A stretch of 64,000 bases of DNA from Mytilus edulis (GCF_963676685.1 NC_092354.1:37882001-37946000); one strand, 5' to 3'. Positions 1-11,189 are shown, counted from the stretch's first letter. Numbers and translations are program-made. Notes: generated by a model not told the origin, from the letters alone.

Positions 1-854
1 CTTATAGTTTAAGAAAAACAGACCAAAACACAAAAGCTTAACACTGAGCAATGAACCGTAAAAAATGAGATCAAGGTCAAATAAAACCTGCGCGACTGAC
101 ATGTAGATCATGAAATATTTCCATACACCAAATATAGTTGACCTATTGCATATAGTATTAGAAAAACAGACCAAAACTCAAAAACTTAACTTTGACCGAT
201 GAACCATGAAAATGAGGTCAAGGTCATATGACACCTACCAGGTAGACCTGTACACCTTACAACCATTCCATACACAAAATATAAAAAACCTATTGCAAAC
301 AGTATAAGAAAAACAGACCAAAACACAAAACTTAACTATAACCACTAATCCATGAAAATGAGGTCAAGGTCAGATGACACCTGCCAGTTGGACATGTACA
401 CCTTACACTGCTTCCATACACCGAATATACTAGACCTATTGCTAATAGTATCTCAGATATGGACTTGACCACCAAAACTTAACCTTGTTCGCTGATCCAT
501 GAAATGAGGTCGAGGTCAATTGAAAACTGTCTGACGGGCAAGAGGACCTTGCAAGGTATGCACATACCAAATATAGTTATCCTATTACTTATAATAAGAG
601 AATTTAACATTACAAAAAATTTTAACTTTTTTTTCAAGTAGTCACTGAACCATGAAAATGAGGTCAAGGACATTGGACATGTGACTGACGGAAACTTCGT
701 AACATGAGGCAACCATATACAAAGTATGAAGCATCCAGGTCTTCCACCTTCTAAAATATAAAGCTTTTAAGAACTGAGCTAACATCGCCGCCGCCGTAGA
801 TTCACTATCCCTATGTCGAGCTTTCTGCGAAAAATGTCGCAGGCTTGACAAAAA
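1..854. repeat. Helentron-associated (HINE-type) tandem repeat, ~146-153 bp monomers, with terminal palindrome
   Basis: CATGAAAATGAGGTCAAGGTCA-like motif recurs at ~62, 206, 351, 498 and 651. The array ends with (GCC)n, a GTCGAGC..CTGCGA..TCGCAG..GCTTGAC palindrome and an A run, as in bivalve non-autonomous Helentrons. Confidence 0.7.
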
Positions 855-859
855 GACTG

Positions 860-1440
860 TCCCAACCTGGATTACCAAATCGCCCCACTTGTGAACTGTG
901 TTAAATCCCGTTAATATTACTCCTGCCAACTGGTCCCACCTAATGGAAATCGGTGAAATCTAGATAAATATATTATTAACCAGGATGAATTTAGTAATGC
1001 CAACTCGCCCCACTTATGGAAAAAGATGTTATCCCATTGAATATAAGTTCAATTCCTTATATTGCATTATGATACATTTAACAGGTTTCTTTTCAATTGT
1101 TATGCAAATAACTAAGCTTCAAAACTTACAGTTATTCTTCAACAATCAGTTTTTTTTTAGAATTATATATAATTTCAGTATATATCAATAATAGTCATTA
1201 AATTAATTTTCGGTTTGTTTGTATTCTGTGTAGATTAGTTTTCATTAAAGTGGTGCGAATTTTTATTTTTAATTATATATATATTAATCTTAATATTACT
1301 TTTTTTTTATAAGTAGGGCGAGTTGGCAGGAGTAAAATTAAACATGATTTAACCAATTTCACATGTGGGGCGATTTGATAAATCAGTTTGTGGCGGTTTT
1401 TTAAAAAGTGGGGCGATTAACCAGTGGGGCGACTTGTCCT
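860..1440. mobile_element. MITE-like element with long imperfect inverted repeats
   Basis: 860-939 (caaatcgccccac..ttactcctgccaact) is the reverse complement of 1312-1395 (agttggcaggagtaa..gtggggcgatttg). GTGGGGCGA motifs repeat to 1439. Confidence 0.6.
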
Positions 1441-4400
1441 GCTTCCATTTGAAGGCCCCCTTGAAGGTTTTGTATGACTATATGAACCATCATTCACGTA
1501 AAACCCCCATGTGCATTTTGAAAAGTTGTCAGATATGTTTCTAACTCCAGACAAAATCTACCGGTATGAATGAAAAAGAAGTTTTCAATTAACGCTCTGT
1601 GGCCATAACAGCTGTCTCATTAGCATTTTAACCACTTCCCATATTTGCAATTAAAACAATAGAAGAAAATTATTCAACGCAAAAACAAAACTTACTTGTA
1701 AATATGAAATTCTCTTTACAGTATGAGTTTTTCTCATTGCTTGAGATTGTACAGTAGTACCTTGCTTGATAAACTCACTAAATATCATATACATTGTACC
1801 ACATCTCCTTATTTTTATAAGCATTCCAATAACATGAACAATTGTAATTCAATTCTATATACCAAAGCAAAATGAACTGCACCACTTTCATTCACTAGTA
1901 TGCATCTTTTGGCAAAATACAAGTTCTTAAATGACACAATATATATTTATTGATAAAAAAATAAAATTTAGTATACAACTCTTTAACAGGTATAAAAAAA
2001 AGCACAGCTGTGTCATAACTTGTGAAATCTGTGCTGAAAACATAGACATTGCTGGTATTTGAGTAATTCCATATGTGAAGCTCAACATTAGCTCATCAGT
2101 TGGTGGTGGACAGTTATAGTTCCTTCCTGCAGGCTAGGATGAATGACTTTTCAGGAAAACCAATTTCACAAATCAAAACTTTCCTCTAGATTTCTCCTAC
2201 AATATTCATCCAGTTTAGTTCTTTTGTTTTAATTGGACACCGTCCTGATTTTTAATTTTGCAATACCATTCAGTTTCTTGCTTGCAAATGGTGCATGAAA
2301 ATAGGATGGGTATGGCAGTAGACAAGTCTCTTTAATGTGGGTTTGTGCCCTGAAAAAAAGTTTTACAACTTAAAGTTTTTTTTTGAAACTTGTGCAACAC
2401 ACATACCTAAATAACTATAACATAGAAGAGAGCATCATTCGTGTCAATGTTTCGTTCCTGTTTACATTGTCATTGATATTTTTTTCAGAAAGACTGAGGC
2501 ATAGCTAATGAATTCCTGTCATTACATCCTAAATTAATATAATTACTGCTAGAATAATTATCAGCATGATATACGTACACTATCATTGTACAGCCCAAGT
2601 CTTCAGTATATATAATTGTTGCATTCATTCACTCATGTGTTCAGTCGTTCAAAAATATTTAAACATCAACAAATGAACTTTAATAAGGACAAGAAAACAC
2701 TAGAAAAGATACGTACATACAACCCGTGTTTTATAAGTGTATTTGAAAGAGAAATATATCTGGTTAAACGATGTATAAAGGAGAAATATATCTGGTTAAA
2801 CGATGTATAAAGGAGGAAAAATTGTAGATATTGCATTACGATGCTTTCTACCTAATAGCACGTGGATATGTTTACATATTTAGACTTGACCCAGTATGAC
2901 CCGTACTTTGTAGGTCACCGCCGTCGTTTAAACACTAGACTACAGTCGTGTATAAGACAAGCCTATTTGTGTGAAGTAAATGTGTTTGTTCTGTACATTT
3001 AAATTGTTTTACCTGATAGCAAGGACGTATATCTATCCGTTTCCTTCTCAATTCACTTTGTCAAATTCTTTGAACTTCTTCAAAACATACGTATTACTGC
3101 GCCCGGAAGTGAGAAAAATATGAGAAATTCTCGTAAAATAATGCTATCTTCAATTTTGTGGAATCCATTTTGTTATATTTATTATACAAAGATAAAAAAA
3201 GTTACGATAAATTATGAATTTGCATATCATTATACGGAACGTTTATGAACTATTTTCCATAGCTGTATGTCGGTCATTTTGGCGGGAAATCATGTACACA
3301 TACACACGTAGATTGGCTGGTACCCGATCGTAATGTTACACATCAGATATATCAAATAGCTAATACCCGGAACGTAGTACCGGGAACCAGGATAATACGT
3401 AGACAACATACATAACTAATACCGAAATTGAAAACGCTTTACGGTTTCTCGTTCATAAACCGAATTCCGCTTTGAATTATAGAAGATGCAATATTAATCA
3501 TGTTCAGTCGACTTTTCATTGTTTTATCAACGTCTGAAAGAATCTTTAGATGTCAGATAACACTCGAAATTGACCCGACCTCTTTCCACACGGAATACAC
3601 ATAATGATAGTTTGTAGTCAGGTTGACTGCTTATAATGCAAAATACACACTAATAACAAGTTCTATAAAACGAACAATACACACTGATCGTTTCTTTAGT
3701 CCCCAATGTAAATGAAAGAATCAAAAACCATATCATACCATAAAAAGAAGAGGAGAAATTCGAACATTTCCGGACCTATTTCTGGCAAAAAGACCCCCTG
3801 CATAGATTGCGTATGAAAAGATGAACCTCATGACTTAAAAGTCAGGCCTTAAAGCACTGCCTTTAAAAATAAGGTTGAGTCCCCCATTACCAGTATGATT
3901 TTTTCCAACCAAAAAATGTCTGTCCCGCCTTTATTCTTAGGAAAAATGATTTCGCCCTGTCCCAGTTCGCACAGCAACATGATTACCCGCTGAACAGATT
4001 CAGAACACGGATTTGAGATAAAAATTCGAACACAAGAAGGAGTCCTGTCAAGAATTTTTTTGGAAAGTCAGGACATTCAGGTAAATTTTAGGAAAATATG
4101 CACAGAAACAATGCAACTTGAGAAATCAAAAATAAAAAATTTGGAAATTCTTCAGTTTTCACAGAATTTTGTTCTATGGATTTCGGAAACATGTCAAAAT
4201 TTCAGGTAATTTTCTAATTATCTTTAAAGATACTTGCATCTGAATTTAAATTTCAAAGAAATTAACATAAGCGGGGCGTTTTTTTTTTTGTTGGTTAGTA
4301 TATTTCATTTTTTCATCAAAAATCATGAGCTCTATGAATTAGATCACCAGATATATTGTGACTAGCAAAAGATTTTTAGAATAGGAAGTTTATGATATTT

Positions 4401-5389
4401 TATTTCTTTATTAAGTGCTGATGGACTAGAAATGATTTAGTCGATCCTATCCACAGAACACTTTTATCTTAAATATAAATAAGTAAAAAAAAACATAATA
4501 CTAGTATACATGTAAAAAATAATCAGTGACGCTATTCGGAAGTGTTCTACAATCCTGACAGGTTTGGTCAGTACTTACGCTAAGTTTTAAAACAGTTCTA
4601 CGGTTAGAACTGATTAAGTCAGTTTTGCTGACAATTCTATGACGGAAACTGATTTTGGACTTTTCTACCTAAAACTAATTCTGGCAGTTCTACCTAGGAA
4701 ACCAATGAAAATCGAGTTAACCACAAAGCCAGAAGTAAAACTGTTTTTAAAATGTTGATGGTAAATATTTTTAAAAAAAATTATCGTCAGTGTTATATGT
4801 CCATTTTGACAAGTCTCTTAAATTGTATACTAATTTTGTACAGTAAACTATGAAATCAAAGTGAGTCTAAGAATAGTATGTCCAAAGTGCTATCTTTGTT
4901 TCTATTACAGGAAGATAATTGGTACATTTGTAATATCCAAGCACTAATAGATGACAGACTTGACAATATGCGGAGCTTTTGGCATAAACTATTACCGAAC
5001 TAGACAGAGCATCTGATGAAAGTTATACTGCTCTATTCGTGGGAAATGTGTATAATCGCATTATTGATGTACTTAACATTATTCAGAAACCCCATCTATC
5101 ATGTTAAAACATGATATTTCACTGTTTTCGGACTATCCACACAGCTAAGTGATTGATGTATCTACGTCTCGTTTTAAAGAATCTCTTTTTGACAGTCAGA
5201 CAAAGATCATACTAGCCAAATTAGTAGGCAAATACTTAGCATGCTTACTCATTTATGTGCATATAACAATCGTAAAATAAGATATAATAAAACGTATTGC
5301 TCTTTCGGGAAAAACTGACGATGGAGGTTTCCAACTCTACAGACGAATTACAAAAAATGATCATGAACATTTGCAGAGGAATTATAGCA

Positions 5390-5560
5390 GGAAAACATGG
5401 CAGCAAAAAAAAAATTAGAAAGTAAACACGGTGTGCGGTATACAGAACTTTTACGACTTCTATATTTCTATGCAATATCATTATTTGTTGTTGATCCGAT
5501 TCACGATCTATTCCAAGGGACCGCAAAATATAATATTAAAGACTGTATGGAAGGACAAAC
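5390..5560 (+). pseudogene. CACTA/EnSpm-like transposase fragment
   Basis: KHGVRYTELLRLLYFYAISLFVVDPIHDLFQGTAK matches the CACTA motif GVRYSxLLxLPYFDxxxxxxIDPMHNLFLGTAK. Confidence 0.7.
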
Positions 5561-6463
5561 TCACGACATGGTCGTTAATTAATAGGCAGCTACTCTCAAA
5601 ATGAAGACAAAGTGATCATTTTCTAGGCTTTAAATTAGGAAGGAACAGAAACGTTTCAAATGCACAAAGATTATGTAAACAATGACAAATTTCATTTCTT
5701 TTTGCATTGTAACATTAACATATCATTGCGTTCTAATCTTTTTGCTTATCTAAAAGACTATACCATTATTTAAACATATTGATCCATTTAATAAACTTAA
5801 ACACATTCTAAGCCCCATCCCTGAACTTGTTTAACATATTGGGAGTCTTCATTAAGCAGTCTTTAGAAGTGAGGGAGTCGGAGAGTAGTTAAAGTTTGTA
5901 GTGGAAGAACATCATCTATAAAGCGGGAAGTAGAGTTAAAGGATATTACCAAATTCTTATTATTCTTCCTTAGAAGTCCCTAGAAGAAGTGACAATCCTT
6001 AACGTATTTGCCATAATCGTGTGAATATACCTTACATAACAATTATATTTTGCACGTCACATAGATTAAATTATAAATTTGTCGTTCATGGTATAAAGAG
6101 GTGCAATTATACACTTTCTTTTTTTATATATAATCCAACTTCTGTTTAGATAATATCACTTCTGTCATTCTTTGACCATCATCCCATCAGATGGCCTCTT
6201 TTGTATCAACCTATCTATTGTATTTATTGTGAACATGAAACCAGTCCAAGAAGATGCAAAGACAGGTCGACCACTATTAATTTTCATTAAATTTTGTTCA
6301 CAAGGTCAGCCTGCTAATAGTGTAGTGAATTGTGCACACAAGTACTGATCAGCTGATGTCCTCAATCTTTTATCCCGAAGGTTGACTTGGGAATTGAAGT
6401 ACGGGAACTCAAGTCCTTTCCAATTTATATTCGAATAATAAAATCAACGGTACCAATTTTGTT

Positions 6464-6507
6464 GCACCAGATGTGCATTTCGACAATACATGTCTCTTCA
6501 GTGATGC
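6464..6507 (-). ncRNA. Type I hammerhead ribozyme, copy 1 (one substitution in stem III)
   Basis: Minus strand GCAUCA-CUGAAGA-GACA(UGUAU)UGUC-GAAA-UGCACA-UC|UGGUGC. The palindrome AUGCGCAU is changed to AUGCACAU. Confidence 0.75.
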
Positions 6508-6813
6508 TCGTGGCCAAAATATTTGAAATCCAAAGCATATATAAAAGATGAAGAGCTATTATCCAAAAGGTCCAAAAAGTATAGCCAAATTCGTGAAAGG
6601 AATCAGAGCTTTGCATGAGGGAGATACATTCCTTAATTTATAATAATTTCTAATATTTTGTAACAGCAAATTTTAATAACACAAAAAATCCGTATTTTCA
6701 TGCCATTACCGAAGTACTGGCTACTGGGCTGGTGATACCCTCGGGGACTAATAGTCCACCAGCAGAGGCATCGACCCAGTGGTAGTAATAAAATCAACGG
6801 TACCAATTTTGTT

Positions 6814-6857
6814 GCACCAGATGCGCATTTCGACAATACATGTCTCTTCAGTGATGC
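6814..6857 (-). ncRNA. Type I hammerhead ribozyme, copy 2
   Basis: Minus strand: stem I GCAUCA/UGGUGC, core CUGAAGA, stem II GACA/UGUC, GAAA, short palindromic stem III AUGCGCAU, UC cleavage site. Confidence 0.85.
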
Positions 6858-7164
6858 TCGTGGCCAAAATATTTGAAATCCAAAGCATATATAAAAGATG
6901 AAGAGCTATTATCCAAAAGGTCCAAAAAGTATAGCCAAATTCGTGAAAGGAATCAGAGCTTTGCATGAAGGAGATACATTCCTTAATTTATAATAATTTC
7001 TAATATTTTGTAACAGCAAATTTTAATAACACAAAAAAATCCGTATTTTCATGCCATTACCGAAGTACTGGCTACTGGGCTGGTGATACCCTTGGGGACT
7101 AATAGTCCACCAGCAGAGGCATCGACCCAGTGGTAGTAATAAAATCAACGGTACCAATTTTGTT

Positions 7165-7208
7165 GCACCAGATGCGCATTTCGACAATACATGTCTCTTC
7201 AGTGATGC
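7165..7208 (-). ncRNA. Type I hammerhead ribozyme, copy 3
   Basis: Identical to copy 2. Confidence 0.85.
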
Positions 7209-7514
7209 TCGTGGCCAAAATATTTGAAATCCAAAGCATATATAAAAGATGAAGAGCTATTATCCAAAAGGTCCAAAAAGTATAGCCAAATTCGTGAAAG
7301 GAATCAGAGCTTTGCATGAGGGAGATACATTCCTTAATTTATAATAATTTCTAATATTTTGTGACAGCAAATTTTAATAACACAAAAAATCCGTATTTTC
7401 ATGCCATTACCGAAGTACTGGCTACTGGGCTGGTGATACCCTCGGGGACTAATAGTCCACCAGCAGAGGCATCGACCCAGTGGTAGTAATAAAATCAACG
7501 GTACCAATTTTGTT

Positions 7515-7558
7515 GCACCAGATGCGCATTTCGACAATACATGTCTCTTCAGTGATGC
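7515..7558 (-). ncRNA. Type I hammerhead ribozyme, copy 4
   Basis: Identical to copy 2. Predicted cleavage between 7521 and 7520. Confidence 0.85.
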
Positions 7559-7596
7559 TCGTGGCCAAAATATTTGAAATCCAAAGCATATATAAA

Positions 7597-10500
7597 TAAA
7601 GGCAACAGTAGTATACCGCTGTTCAAAACTCATAAATCCATGGACAAAAAACAAAATCGGGATAACAAACTAAAACCGAGGGAAACGCATTAAATATAAG
7701 AGGAGAACAACGACATAACACTAAAATGTAACACACATAGACAAAATACCACGAGAATAACAAATATAACATATATATATAACATCAAAACCAAATACAT
7801 GAATTTGGGATAGACAAGTACCGTGACACGTCTTATCGCAATGTGAATTTACACTCAAAAATAAGAGAAAACAAACGACACAACGTTATAATGTAATACA
7901 CACAGAAACGAACTATAAAATAACAATGACCATATTCCTGACTTGGTACAGGACATTTTTAAAGGAAAAAATGGTGGGTTGAACCTGGTTTTGTGGCATG
8001 CCAAACCTCGCACTTTTATGGCCATATGAAATATAACATCAAAATGACAACACAGGACTACAATATAAATAAATTGGAGAACACAATTGACAAAGAATCA
8101 CACGAACAACAGCCAACAAAAGGCAACAAGTTCAAAATTTTTATACGCCAGAAGTGTATTTTGTCCACACAAGACCTATGTGTGACGCACAGATACAAAA
8201 GTTTGAAAGCCGAAACGAGTACAAAGTTGAACAGCATCGAGGACCAAAAGATCAAAAAGGTAGTGCCAAAAACGGCAAGGGTTTTCTGTTAAGTTACCAG
8301 AAAATCCCTATAATTTAGAGTAATTTATACTTTTGCAAACAGTAAATTTAATAAAATGAATATACAAAAGATGTACATGATAAAGCTGAAGTATTAACTA
8401 ATTACAGGAAACAACTGAAATACATTTACATAACCAGACATTTGAAACACAAAAGTAGACACATCCGAATACGTTTAAACCTCTACGCCAAGTGACGTCC
8501 TATTTGAAACTGAAAAATGACGAAAAAATGACGTCATTTGAATTAGTAAAACAGAGCATCAAAAAACGAAAAATTACGTCACATAAGAATGAATAAGATA
8601 GAATTAGGATTAATATAAGATTATATATTTGAACTAAATACTGATATTGCATTTAATAACAAAGCACATTTTAATTCTTATTAATATAAAACTGAGGTAG
8701 CAATTAACTATATTATAAAACTATGTCAGGTTTGTTATGAATCTAACTTCAAACGTAAAATATCGTACTGATTACTTTGAACGAAATCAAATCTGATAAA
8801 TGAAGGCGGTGATTAATTTTCTTTACCATAACACATAAATATAATAGAAAAGACGTCAACATATTTGACAAAATCCGATGAGAATTACAAATATAACATT
8901 AAACATTTAAACTAAATACATGAATTTGGGATGGATAAGTACCGTACCACGTCTTATAGTAATGGGAGTTCACACTCGGCAAAACAGTCACAATCGGTAA
9001 TAAGTCACGTTTGGAAATTAAAAGATTAGACGACATTATGACAAAACACAATCTACCATGTGGTAAAAATGTCCTTAGCTAGTTTGGTCAACGAAACATC
9101 GTATGGATCCACCAAATCGTGATGGTGTCCATAAAATTTACGGAGTGTCAATTTTAATCTGTCCTCCTCATAACTTTGTTGGAGCAGTTTCTGCGTAAGG
9201 AGCACACTCCTGTATATGAAGTCCGTATAGTGTGAACAAGCACGAGAATAACGTATCAATTGTGATATGTAAACACCATACGAAGGGGCAGAGGGTATGT
9301 TACTGCTGAGAAATGGGAAATTGATATTTGGGAAGTTAAAATCGTCCCGTTTATCATAGATTTTCGTGTGAAGTCGTCCATCTACGTCAATATTGAGGAA
9401 AAGATCAAGGTATGAAGCAGTCCTTATAGTATCAGTGGTATCCTTAATTTCAAGTTCACTTGGATATATGAGATGTAAGTATTGGCTGAAATATGGGTTA
9501 TTCAATGACAGAACATCATCAATATATCGGAAAGTAAAATTAAAGAATTTCGCAAGGTGCTTTTTCTTTTTGTCTTTTAGAAGGTTCTGAATGAATTCTG
9601 TTTCATACGAGTACAAAAACAAATCAGCCAGCAGGGGTGCACAATTAGTACCCATTGGAATACCGACTGTCTGTTGAAATATAAATCCTCCAAACTCAAC
9701 AAATATATTGTCGATCAAAAAGTCCAGCATTTTGATATCATCTTCTGTATATTTTCTGGGAGATTCAGTGTGATTTTTCACAAAATATGAATTATTGTAA
9801 CCCAAAACAAGAAATTTGTATCTTCGATTTCCATTTTTATAGAAAAAGCTCTGTTTTATGAGATGGTGTAGTCGATCTTTCAACTGAGCATGGGGAATAG
9901 TAGTATATAGCGTAGAAAAATCAAAAGTTTTTATGTTGCTGCAAAATTGCAAAGATTGTGATTGAAGGTTAAGCAGTAGATCTTTCGAATTTTTGAGAAT
10001 CCACATCTGGTTAACACCACTGGTAGAATATATCTCCTCACAATATTTTTGAAGCCCATCTTTAACTGTCGAAAGAATAGTAGTCAGTACTTTAGAAAGA
10101 TGTTTGGTTGAACATTTTGAAGACCCAGCTATGTATCGTTCTTTATATGGAGTTTTGTGTAATTTGGGTATCCAGTATAATGAAGGCAAGTTTTCTTCGT
10201 TTTCTTTGATGTTGATACCAAAAGAAAGAAGGACAGATTTATGATTTTGTAAAATTTCGTCCTTGGTAAATGATGTTAAAGAATATGTAGGATTACCAGT
10301 AGTTTTATCAATTCCAAGCTCTGTAGTAAGACATTGCAAATAATGTTTTTTACATATGAAGACAATATTATTGGAGGCTTTATCTGCTGGAACAACGACA
10401 TATTTGTCATGCAAAGAGGATAAAGCATCCACAACCTCCGGATTCTTGAAAGGGTTAGAAACTTTAGTACTCATATTACATCGTAGTTTTTGTATGCGCC

Positions 10501-10813
10501 TCTGAATGCATGATCGAATAGCTTTGATCCATTCAGACAAAGTGTCCAGTTCTGGTTCGTCTGGTTCGCGCTTTACCCATTTTCTTGCATAGTCCTCAAC
10601 TGCATCCATCAGTAACTTGAAATTCTTTTTCCAGTTGATGGGCTGGGGGATTCTATATTTTGGTCCCTTGGCTAACAACTCTCTTAGTTGTTCATTGGTA
10701 ACGATGCCAAGGTCTCCAGTAATAATATGACCAGCTGGACTGTAATTGTATTGTGACGATGCACATGAGCAATCCGGAGGCTTGGATTTTGTATCTTTGA
10801 GGTTAAAAGCATG
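7597..10813 (-). mobile_element. 5'-truncated Penelope-like retroelement (Naiad-type) inserted in the retrozyme array
   Basis: RT ORF plus ~1.45 kb of 3' region ending ..GAACAGCGGTATACTACTGTTGCCTTTA. The array unit CCAAAGCATATATAAAAGATGAAGAG is split exactly around it. The same 3' end occurs alone at ~14219-14314 and ~29005-29312. Confidence 0.85.
9053..10813 (-). CDS. Penelope-like (Naiad-type) reverse transcriptase, N-terminally truncated, no GIY-YIG domain present
   Basis: Open frame of ~586 codons with PADKASNN, LYWIPKLHK, FDFSTLYTTIPH (A), GIPMGTNCAPLLADLFL (B'), FRYIDD (C) and YGVYISQLIRYSRAC thumb. N-terminal CxC..GHIITG linker. The ORF-track start at 10846 is a TTG inside the repeat unit. 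Confidence 0.92.
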   Translation of the reverse strand, partial: HAFNLKDTKSKPPDCSCASSQYNYSPAGHIITGDLGIVTNEQLRELLAKGPKYRIPQPINWKKNFKLLMDAVEDYARKWVKREPDEPELDTLSEWIKAIRSCIQRRIQKLRCNMSTKVSNPFKNPEVVDALSSLHDKYVVVPADKASNNIVFICKKHYLQCLTTELGIDKTTGNPTYSLTSFTKDEILQNHKSVLLSFGINIKENEENLPSLYWIPKLHKTPYKERYIAGSSKCSTKHLSKVLTTILSTVKDGLQKYCEEIYSTSGVNQMWILKNSKDLLLNLQSQSLQFCSNIKTFDFSTLYTTIPHAQLKDRLHHLIKQSFFYKNGNRRYKFLVLGYNNSYFVKNHTESPRKYTEDDIKMLDFLIDNIFVEFGGFIFQQTVGIPMGTNCAPLLADLFLYSYETEFIQNLLKDKKKKHLAKFFNFTFRYIDDVLSLNNPYFSQYLHLIYPSELEIKDTTDTIRTASYLDLFLNIDVDGRLHTKIYDKRDDFNFPNINFPFLSSNIPSAPSYGVYISQLIRYSRACSHYTDFIYRSVLLTQKLLQQSYEEDRLKLTLRKFYGHHHDLVDPYDVSLTKLAKDIFTTW

Positions 10814-11189
10814 AAAAGATGAAGAGCTATTATCCAAAAGGTCCAAAAAGTATAGCCAAATTCGTGAAAGGAATCAGAGCTTTGCATGAGGGAGATACAT
10901 TCCTTAATTTATAATAATTTCTAATATTTTGTAACAGCAAATTTTAATAACACAAAAATTCCGTATTTTCATGCCATTACCGAAGTACTGGCTACTGGGC
11001 TGGTGATGCCCTCGGGACTAATAGTCCACCAGCAGAGGCATCGACCCAGTGGTAGTAATAAAATCAACGGTACCAATTTTGTTGCACCAGATGCGCATTT
11101 CGACAATACATGTCTCTTCAGTGATGCTCGTGGCCAAAATATTTGAAATCCAAAGCATATATAAAAGATGAAGAGCTATTATCCAAAAG
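10814..11189 (-). repeat. Retrozyme-like tandem array (right part)
   Basis: Continues the unit from AAAAGATGAAGAG for slightly more than one unit. Confidence 0.9.
11084..11127 (-). ncRNA. Type I hammerhead ribozyme, copy 5 (upstream of RT)
   Basis: Identical core to copy 2. Predicted cleavage between 11090 and 11089. Confidence 0.85.

Larger units (their letters stand above)
6436..7596 (-). repeat. Retrozyme-like tandem array (left part), ~350-bp unit with type I hammerhead ribozyme
   Basis: Near-identical units with periods of 350, 351 and 350 bp (hammerheads start at 6464, 6814, 7165, 7515). The last unit is cut at 7596 and resumes at 10814. Confidence 0.9.

Noticed and set aside
6425-7654. 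Repeated 63-106 aa ORFs (MQSSDSFHEF.., ..SKCASGATK..) as a peptide gene array
   Set aside because: They are by-products of the non-coding 350-bp repeat, break differently between units and have no recognisable domain.
6436-11189. CRISPR array, retron or diversity-generating retroelement next to the RT
   Set aside because: Units are whole 350-bp tandem copies without unique spacers or adenine-specific variation, the RT is Penelope-like, and the context is eukaryotic.
6436-11189. 350-bp repeats as the element's own LTRs or pseudo-LTRs
   Set aside because: One unit is split exactly around the element, and the element's 3' end occurs elsewhere without the repeat, which favours insertion into an existing array. 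Not fully excluded.
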